Below, in pieces: positions 57,531 through 64,000 of a stretch of 64,000 bases of DNA. The notes under the pieces are model-generated. The model made no database searches, was not told the DNA's origin, and was given only the letters and a program-made list of their open reading frames with translations. A program made the translations under genes and the position numbers. Location: the NCBI GenBank assembly GCA_964468315.1, contig CAYXTA010000001.1, positions 64,277 to 128,276 on the forward strand, given 5' to 3'. Numbering within the stretch: the first letter of the stretch is position 1; each line of letters opens with the position of its first letter. Source of the DNA: an uncultured Candidatus Saccharibacteria bacterium (GTDB lineage Bacteria > Patescibacteriota > Minisyncoccia > Phycocordibacterales > UBA9973).

Positions 57531-58817
57531 TTATTTATAAGCAGGTAAATAAAACATTGGATCAAGATAAGCATTTATGGGAGAAATTGGCATAGTATAT
57601 GTTTTACCATTACAAGTTTTACTTGCTCTAGATTCCATTTTTACAGCATCTGAAGCATATAATGATACATGTAGATGTGGACCTGTTGAATATCCTGTAT
57701 TTCCACTATAACCAACAATTTCTCCTCTTGAAACTTTTTGTCCTTCACTAACTTTTATAAGTGAAAAATGTCCATAAGTACTGGAAAGTCCATTATCATA
57801 TTTTATAAAAACAAATTTACCAAAAGATGCTCCTGGACAAGTTATATCTGTATCACCGGTACCTAAAACAATACCATTTGCCATAGATTTGACTGGTGTG
57901 CCCACAGAAGCACGAAAATCTATTCCATTATGTGTTCCGTTTACATAAAGCCTCTTCCCTGCTTCAGTTTTACCAAAAAATTGAGTTATATAAACATTAT
58001 CAAGTGGCCAAGAAAGTACACCTTTGTTTGGTAATTTTGAAGTATCTAGAATAAATTTTAATTGTGATTCAAAATTTCTAACTTCATTTTCGAAAGCTTC
58101 TTTTTTTGCTAAATTAGCTTTTAGTAATTTTTGATAATTTGTTTCATTATTTTTCGTTTCTTTTAAGAGTTTGTTTTTTTCTTTAGAATTTTGATCGATA
58201 ATTTTTTTCTGATCAGCCAATTCCGTTTTTAAAGACACTAGTTCATTCCTAGCTTTTTCTGTAGTACTTTTACTTTTTTCTAAAGATTTCTTTTCATCTT
58301 TTAATTCAACTATTTTATTTTTTACAGTTCCTTGAAGAGAGATTAAATTATCAATGTCATTCCAAACAGTAGAAATATCGTCTTTTGAAAGAAGTTTTTC
58401 TACCATTGAATCTATTTCAAATTCATTTATTTGTTTTATACTTAAAATTATCGTGTCTGTACTATTTTTTATTACATCTTTTGTATCATCTATTTTTCCG
58501 CTTAATTTTTGTATTTCAGTATTTTTATTTGATATTTTATTTTGTGTTACTGCTATATCTGCTGTAAGTTTCTTTTTTGTTAAATCTAATTGTTTAAGTA
58601 AAACACTTAAAGAAGAAGCTTGTTTACCTAGGCTATTGAGTTGTTGTTGATAAGCTGATATTTCTTTTTCTAAATTTTGTATATCAGTATTTCGAGAATT
58701 TATTTTTTGGTTTAATTCTTGAGCCGTTTGTGCATATGCAAAAAAAGCTGGAATTATTAATAATAAGAATACAACAAATAAATTAAATTGCTTTTTGTAG
58801 TCTTGAAATTGTTTCAT
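57531..58817 (-). CDS. Coiled-coil M23 (LytM-type) murein endopeptidase, EnvC-like.
   Basis: Signal/TM, about 250 aa of coiled coil, then M23 motifs HNGIDF...GNTGYSTGPHLHVSL. Confidence 0.8.
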   Translation of the reverse strand: MKQFQDYKKQFNLFVVFLLLIIPAFFAYAQTAQELNQKINSRNTDIQNLEKEISAYQQQLNSLGKQASSLSVLLKQLDLTKKKLTADIAVTQNKISNKNTEIQKLSGKIDDTKDVIKNSTDTIILSIKQINEFEIDSMVEKLLSKDDISTVWNDIDNLISLQGTVKNKIVELKDEKKSLEKSKSTTEKARNELVSLKTELADQKKIIDQNSKEKNKLLKETKNNETNYQKLLKANLAKKEAFENEVRNFESQLKFILDTSKLPNKGVLSWPLDNVYITQFFGKTEAGKRLYVNGTHNGIDFRASVGTPVKSMANGIVLGTGDTDITCPGASFGKFVFIKYDNGLSSTYGHFSLIKVSEGQKVSRGEIVGYSGNTGYSTGPHLHVSLYASDAVKMESRASKTCNGKTYTMPISPINAYLDPMFYLPAYK

Positions 58818-60087
58818 TTTTTCCTAAGATTTCTGCTATTGTAAAAGGGTCTGGTGATTTATCGATTCCTGATAAGGCAAATCGTAATGGGTGTAGTACT
58901 TCTCCCCTACTTGGCAAAGTATTAGCATATTCCATAACTTTATTTTTTATATTTTCAATATTAAATTCTGAAATAGATTCAAAAATAGAAATTACTTTTT
59001 CTAAATTTTCCTTAGTTTTTTCTTTTGGTGTATCTTTATAATTTAATTTACTTTTATCTATTTTTGGAGAATTAACAAAAAAATCCAATTCTTTATTTTT
59101 TAACATATCTGAAATGTCATTAAATTTTACAATTCTTTCTGAAATAACTGGAATTAATTTATCTATATGTAATTCATTCGGTAAAAATTTAAAAATTTCA
59201 TTTTTTAATAATTCTGGTTCTATTTTTTTTATATATTCTTTGTTAATCCAATTTAATTTTTCTTGATTAAATATTGCTGGAGATTTTTGTACTTTAGCTA
59301 AATCAAACTCTTTTATTAATTCTTCTTTAGAAAAAAGTTCTTGATTTGTACCAGAATTCCATCCTACCATTGAAACCATATTTAAAATTGCTTCAGGTAG
59401 ATATCCTTGATCTCTGTATTCTGTCATTGCCAAAGCACCTTTTCTTTTAGAAAGTTTTTGTTTATCTTCACCTAAAACAAGTGGTAAATGAGCATATGTT
59501 GGTGTAGGAGCTCCTATTGCTCTTTGTATAAGTATTTGTCTTGGTGTGTTTGAGACATGATCTTCTCCTCGTATTATGTGAGTTACTCCTTCATCGAAAT
59601 CATCTACAACAACAGCCAAATGGAAAAGTGGTTCATTTATATTTTTTGCGATAACAAAATCACCAAGATCAGCTGTATGCATAGTAACAGTCCCTTTTAT
59701 TTCGTCTATAAAAGATACATCTTCATTTGGATTTTTAAAACGTACTATTTCTTTTATAACTCCAGATCCATCTTTAGATTCTTCTTTTGATATATATGCG
59801 TGACCATCTTTTATCATTTTTTCTAAAACTTCTTTGTGACGGTTTACATGTTCAGATTGCCTGAAGAAATTATCATATTCTAAACCAAGCCATTTTAAAC
59901 TTTCTAAAATGTTATCTTCATTTTCTTTTGTAGAACGATCTTTGTCTGTGTCTTCGATACGTAATATAAATTCACCATTATTTTTACGAGCAAAAAGATA
60001 AGCAAAAATAGCTGTTCTGTAAGCACCAGAATGTAATTTTCCTGTTGGACTTGGGGCGAATCTTGTAACTACTTTCTTTTGTTCCAT
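58783..60087 (-). CDS. gltX: Glutamyl-tRNA synthetase (short form, 434 aa).
   Basis: HIGH-like FAPSPTGKLHSGAYRTAIF and KMSKS-like KLSKR. Confidence 0.85.
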   Translation of the reverse strand: MEQKKVVTRFAPSPTGKLHSGAYRTAIFAYLFARKNNGEFILRIEDTDKDRSTKENEDNILESLKWLGLEYDNFFRQSEHVNRHKEVLEKMIKDGHAYISKEESKDGSGVIKEIVRFKNPNEDVSFIDEIKGTVTMHTADLGDFVIAKNINEPLFHLAVVVDDFDEGVTHIIRGEDHVSNTPRQILIQRAIGAPTPTYAHLPLVLGEDKQKLSKRKGALAMTEYRDQGYLPEAILNMVSMVGWNSGTNQELFSKEELIKEFDLAKVQKSPAIFNQEKLNWINKEYIKKIEPELLKNEIFKFLPNELHIDKLIPVISERIVKFNDISDMLKNKELDFFVNSPKIDKSKLNYKDTPKEKTKENLEKVISIFESISEFNIENIKNKVMEYANTLPSRGEVLHPLRFALSGIDKSPDPFTIAEILGKNETISRLQKAI

Positions 60088-60126
60088 TGGAACATTTTAA
60101 CATTTTTTGTAACTTTTTAAAAGTTT

Positions 60127-61257
60127 TTATTTTTCGTGACCAAGAGCTATGTCTACAAGAACTTGAGCAATTTTATTAGCAGCATCTTTTTTACCAAAAT
60201 TTTTAGCATTTGAAGACATGCGTTCATGTGTTACAGGATCATTTGTAATTCTTTCTATTTCGGAAATTAAAATATTTGAAGTCATATTCATTTCTTCTAT
60301 TACGCTACAAGCACCAGCTCTGGCGTAGTTGAAAGCATTTTTCCTTGCATGGTCTTCATTAGAAGATGTAAATGGTATAAGTATTGAAGGAACACCCCAA
60401 CAAGCTATTTCAAAAAGTGCTGAACCAGCGCGAGATATTATAATATTTGCACAACTAGCAGCTGTTTTCATTTGAATATTATTTAAATAATCTATTGATT
60501 TGTATCTTGATTTATTTGGATTATTTGCGAGTACAACTTCTGATCTTTTTTGTACTGTTTTGTAATTCCTTACTCCTGTCTGGTGTATTACTTGAAAATT
60601 TTCTACAAGTTTCGGTAATGCATCTATTAGAACATTATTTATTAATTCAGCACCCTGAGAACCTCCCAATATAACAATAACAGGTATGCTTGATTCTAGG
60701 TTCCAATATTTTAAAGCTTCATCTTTTGAAATTAAATTAGATATTTCAGCTCTTATGGGTTGCCCTGTCCAAGCCGTTTTTTCTTTTGGGAAATAAGGTG
60801 ATACTTCTGGAAAAGATATTGCAATTTTTTTAGCAAATTTTCCTGCCCATTTATTTACTCTTCCTGGTGCACTGTCTGATTCATGGATTACTACAGGGAT
60901 TCTTAATATTCTTCCAGCTAAAAGTGTCGGAAATGATGCATAACCTCCTTTTCCAAAAATTACATCAGGATATATAGAGTACACTTTGAACATTGCAGAA
61001 AATATACCAGCAAGAGTTTTGAAAAAATCAAAGAAATTTTTTATTGAAAAATAAATTCTTAATTTACCGGCATTTACTTGTTCGTAAACTAAACCATTTT
61101 CAAAAACCATTTCTTTGTCGTAGGGTGAATCTGAAAAATAATACAATTTTGCTTGCAGTATATTTTCTTTATCTATTATTTGATTAACTTTTTGAGTTAC
61201 AGCGATAATTGGATAAAAATGGCCACCTGTTCCTCCTCCTGTAAAAATTATTTTCAT
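60127..61257 (-). CDS. murG: UDP-GlcNAc:undecaprenyl-PP-MurNAc-pentapeptide GlcNAc transferase.
   Basis: FTGGGTGGHFYP at the N-terminus; GT28 architecture. Confidence 0.85.
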   Translation of the reverse strand: MKIIFTGGGTGGHFYPIIAVTQKVNQIIDKENILQAKLYYFSDSPYDKEMVFENGLVYEQVNAGKLRIYFSIKNFFDFFKTLAGIFSAMFKVYSIYPDVIFGKGGYASFPTLLAGRILRIPVVIHESDSAPGRVNKWAGKFAKKIAISFPEVSPYFPKEKTAWTGQPIRAEISNLISKDEALKYWNLESSIPVIVILGGSQGAELINNVLIDALPKLVENFQVIHQTGVRNYKTVQKRSEVVLANNPNKSRYKSIDYLNNIQMKTAASCANIIISRAGSALFEIACWGVPSILIPFTSSNEDHARKNAFNYARAGACSVIEEMNMTSNILISEIERITNDPVTHERMSSNAKNFGKKDAANKIAQVLVDIALGHEK

Positions 61258-61260
61258 ATT

Positions 61261-62364
61261 TTATATATTTTTTATTTGATATTTTGATATTTGAAATACA
61301 ATACCTATTGCCATCAGATCTATCATAAGCGAAGTTCCTCCATGACTCATAAAAACAAGAGGTACACCAGTAAGTGGAAAAACTCCAATAATTGAAGCTA
61401 TGTTCATGAAAGATTGAGCTGTAAGAAGTATAACAATTCCAGATACTAAAAGTCTACTAAACAAATCCGGGCTTCTGTTCGCAATTCTAAGTCCTCTTAG
61501 TGCAAATAAAACATAGAAAAAAATTATAGTTACACAACCTATAAAACCAAGTTCCTCACCTATTACTGCAAAAATAGAATCTCCTTGAGGTTCTGGTAAA
61601 TAACTAAATTTTTGTATACTTTGACCAAAACCTCTACCAAAAATTCCTCCTGAGCCTATCGCTATCAAAGATTGTTGAAGTTGATACGAAGAACCTTGTG
61701 CATTTTCTGATGGATGTATAAAAGTATTTATTCTAGCTTTTAAATATGGTGTAAAAGCAACTAAACTTCCTAAAACTAAAAGTGCAGCCAAACCTATACC
61801 TACAATATATTTCCAGGAAACTCCTGATATAAAAAGCATACATATACCTGTCATTGCTATCAAAATAAAACTTTTAGTATCTGGTTGTTTAAACAATACA
61901 GCAGCTATAACCGTAAGCATTATACCTAATGGTAAAATGCTAAATTTGAAATCTTTTGCCCTATTTTTCGCCCAAGAAAGCCAAGCGGAAAAATATATAA
62001 TAAAAGAAAATTTTAATATCTCACTTGGTTGAAATGATATTGGGCCAAGCTCTATCCATCTTCTCGCTCCTCCATGACTAAAACCTAAATGAGGTATAAA
62101 AACTGAAGCTGTAAGTATTATAGATGAAAGAAAAATATAAAAAGAATATTTACGCCAAAATTTGTAAGGTATTTTTAAACAAAGATACATTCCAGTAAAA
62201 CCAAAACCGAGTCCTAATACAAGCTGACTTACAAGTACAGAATAAAAAGTTTTTTCATTTTTAGCTAAAATTCCTAAAGAAGCAGATACAAACATAGCCA
62301 CACCAGTTAAAACTAGAGTCATTATGATTACAAGAAAAAATTTATCTATTTTATTTTTATTCAT
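61261..62364 (-). CDS. ftsW: SEDS-family peptidoglycan glycosyltransferase FtsW/RodA.
   Basis: 10-TM SEDS protein with conserved ...PEPQGDSIFAVIGEELGFIG... The ftsW versus rodA assignment comes from its position in the mur cluster. Confidence 0.8.
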   Translation of the reverse strand: MNKNKIDKFFLVIIMTLVLTGVAMFVSASLGILAKNEKTFYSVLVSQLVLGLGFGFTGMYLCLKIPYKFWRKYSFYIFLSSIILTASVFIPHLGFSHGGARRWIELGPISFQPSEILKFSFIIYFSAWLSWAKNRAKDFKFSILPLGIMLTVIAAVLFKQPDTKSFILIAMTGICMLFISGVSWKYIVGIGLAALLVLGSLVAFTPYLKARINTFIHPSENAQGSSYQLQQSLIAIGSGGIFGRGFGQSIQKFSYLPEPQGDSIFAVIGEELGFIGCVTIIFFYVLFALRGLRIANRSPDLFSRLLVSGIVILLTAQSFMNIASIIGVFPLTGVPLVFMSHGGTSLMIDLMAIGIVFQISKYQIKNI

Positions 62365-63437
62365 TAATTTAAAACAAAAAGAATGATACCTATAACAGCA
62401 AACATAACACTCAGTACCCAGTATCGCATAGTAATTTTATACCTAGACCAACCAATAGCTTCAAAATGATGATGAAGTGGTGCTATACGAAAAACTCTTT
62501 TGTTAAAATATTTTTTAGAAAGTATCTGTATACTAGAAGAAAGAGAAGTTGCAACTAATGGAAATGCAATTATTGGTAAAAGTAAAACAGAATTTGTAAG
62601 GAAAGCTATGGTTGCAAGTACTATAGTTAAAGGCATCATACCTGTTTCCCCCATATAAAATCTTGCTGGAGGAATGTTGAACCAAAGAAATGCAAGCGTT
62701 GCACCAGTAATAACACCACAAAAAGCAGCTAGGTCTATTTGATTGTTAGCAAAAGCTATAAATGAATATGAAGCAAAAATAGAAGCAAGAACTCCTCCAG
62801 AAAGGCCATCTATACCGTCTATTACTCCACCAGAAAAAGTTCCGAGCATGACTATTACAACAAAAAGAATAAATAAAATACCTAATTGCCAAGATCCATC
62901 AAATGGTATGTGTATTGAATGCATTCCTAATTTATAAAAAAACCAAGAACCAGCTATAAGTCCACAAACTACAATCATGAAAACTTTTGCTTTTGTGTAC
63001 CAACTAGATTTTCTTGTTATGTTTGATTTACCTTTTATCTCTAATAAATCATCGATAAGACCGAGCAACGATCCTAGAATAAATATTGAGATAGGTATAA
63101 AAGTTTGAGATCTACTAAAGAAATTTAATTTTGTAAGAAAATCATTTTGAAAAAACAAAGATAGTATAAAAAATAAAAACGTTGTTATTAAAACAGAAGA
63201 CCAAATAATTATTCCACCAACACAAGGAACAGAAATCTCTTCTTTTGCTTTTTCCTCATGAATTTTTTTAAATTCTTCTGAAGAAGTGTCTTCGGTTCGC
63301 ACCTTCTTCTTCCACATTTTATGTTTATAGAAAAAATGTGTAGCTATAGGAGTAATTAAAATCCCTAATGTAAAAGAAACGATAGTCGGTAGAAATATTT
63401 TAATAAAATTTAAATACATATAAGTATTATAATACAT
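62364..63437 (-). CDS. mraY: Phospho-N-acetylmuramoyl-pentapeptide transferase (MraY/WecA family).
   Basis: Polytopic. NIPPARFYMGETG (the PAxxFMGDTGS region). Sits next to ftsW-murG. Confidence 0.75.
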   Translation of the reverse strand: MYYNTYMYLNFIKIFLPTIVSFTLGILITPIATHFFYKHKMWKKKVRTEDTSSEEFKKIHEEKAKEEISVPCVGGIIIWSSVLITTFLFFILSLFFQNDFLTKLNFFSRSQTFIPISIFILGSLLGLIDDLLEIKGKSNITRKSSWYTKAKVFMIVVCGLIAGSWFFYKLGMHSIHIPFDGSWQLGILFILFVVIVMLGTFSGGVIDGIDGLSGGVLASIFASYSFIAFANNQIDLAAFCGVITGATLAFLWFNIPPARFYMGETGMMPLTIVLATIAFLTNSVLLLPIIAFPLVATSLSSSIQILSKKYFNKRVFRIAPLHHHFEAIGWSRYKITMRYWVLSVMFAVIGIILFVLN

Positions 63438-64000
63438 TTAATATTTTTTCCATATCTGAAAAACGACCTTCTTTACTAGAACCCATCACAGTTATCGCGT
63501 ATTTTTTATTTGAATTATTTTTCCAAATAAGTGTAAGGTTACCGCCTGCAAGCTCTGTATAACCTGTTTTAGAAAAAAATATATTGGAAACCTTTCCAAG
63601 TAAAATATCAGTATTTTTCACATTATCAACCTCGAGATCTGTTGTTCTTATAAAAAAATTAGTTAAATTAAAAGCGTATAAAGCTAATATATTTGCATCT
63701 TGAGCACTACCATACGCGCCAGCATTACTTTCGTTTATATCTAAACCTGTAGGATTATAAAAAACTGTATTCTTCATTCCTATTTTTTTTGCTTTCTCGT
63801 TCATTTTTAAAATGAAATTATCTACACCAAGTGATAATTTGTCAGCCCCTTCGTTTGAAGAAGAAACCAATGTGAACCTAGCTAAATTCAATAAATCTAT
63901 AGAATTTTCTTTTTCTTCAAGAGCTATTAGAACAGTCATGGTTTTTGTTAAAGATGCAAAAGGTAAGGAAAGAGTATCATTTTTACCGTAAATAAATTCT
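63427..64000 (-). CDS. D-alanyl-D-alanine carboxypeptidase (S11, PBP5-like). The N-terminal part lies outside the window.
   Basis: SxN (VSSSNEG) and KTG (FSKTGYT) motifs, plus AKKIGMKNTVFYNPTGLD. The frame is open to the window edge: the upstream translation is ...EFIYGKNDTLSLPFASLTKT before the track Met. Confidence 0.6.
   Translation of the reverse strand, partial: EFIYGKNDTLSLPFASLTKTMTVLIALEEKENSIDLLNLARFTLVSSSNEGADKLSLGVDNFILKMNEKAKKIGMKNTVFYNPTGLDINESNAGAYGSAQDANILALYAFNLTNFFIRTTDLEVDNVKNTDILLGKVSNIFFSKTGYTELAGGNLTLIWKNNSNKKYAITVMGSSKEGRFSDMEKILNVL

Noticed and set aside
63937-63939. The ATG at 63939 as the true start of the DD-carboxypeptidase gene.
   Set aside because: The reading frame stays open to the window edge, and the protein from that Met would lack the N-terminal SxxK active-site motif. 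The gene is 5'-partial in this window.

Overview
64 kb of a very low-GC (about 30%), densely coded bacterial chromosome. The gene content and style resemble an uncultivated small-genome lineage such as CPR/Patescibacteria, but that is inference only. No rRNA genes or CRISPR arrays were seen. Layout: (i) 1-7.5 kb, an envelope/exopolysaccharide module followed by an ECF sigma factor, a putative anti-sigma factor and a secreted protein. The module comprises a 5'-truncated processive GT2 synthase with a QxxRW motif, a 933-aa membrane protein with two NodB-type deacetylase domains and a secreted lectin/Ig-like protein. (ii) 7.5-18.8 kb, a mosaic accessory island of small single-gene cassettes separated by strong hairpin terminators and by repeated intergenic modules: a promoter/operator-like TTGACTTTT...TTTAATAT box in three copies, a roughly 45-bp post-terminator element in three copies, a duplicated gene-start fragment, and a two-stem hairpin present in two copies with compensatory changes. 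The cargo is enriched for NAD/ADP-ribose-related enzyme families: an isochorismatase/PncA-like hydrolase, a NADAR domain fused to a Fis-type HTH, two Nudix hydrolases (one MTH1-like with a frameshift in a T8 run), a nucleotidyltransferase-fold protein and an ASCH-P-loop kinase fusion. (iii) 19.1-25.4 kb, a prophage remnant or integrative element: ParB-nuclease/DNA-methyltransferase fusion, terminase small and large subunits, a DUF4352-like protein and a large serine recombinase, with several unusual palindromic elements. (iv) 25.4-29.3 kb, a three-gene minus-strand operon wedged between the integrase and a tRNA-Glu(CUC). It encodes a 287-aa protein with a possible Mrr-like D...QxK motif, an 808-aa helical protein and a 190-aa protein with a HEPN-like Rx4H motif. 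This is my best candidate for an undescribed defence/abortive-infection system. (v) 29.5-64 kb, core housekeeping genes: greA-like, rmuC, DEDDh exonuclease, yqeY, dedA-like, MYG1, obg, gatB, fba, FAD oxidase, rplY, an SLT-domain protein, rpmE, prfA, an RRM protein and tRNA-Ile. These are followed by an F1Fo ATP synthase operon (atpB-E-F-H-A-G-D-C) interrupted by three extra co-directional ORFs, then rsmI, ctpA, rplI, rpmA, a CPBP protease, an M23 peptidase, gltX, murG-ftsW-mraY and a partial DD-carboxypeptidase. All functional calls are motif/architecture recognition by eye. No database search was possible.
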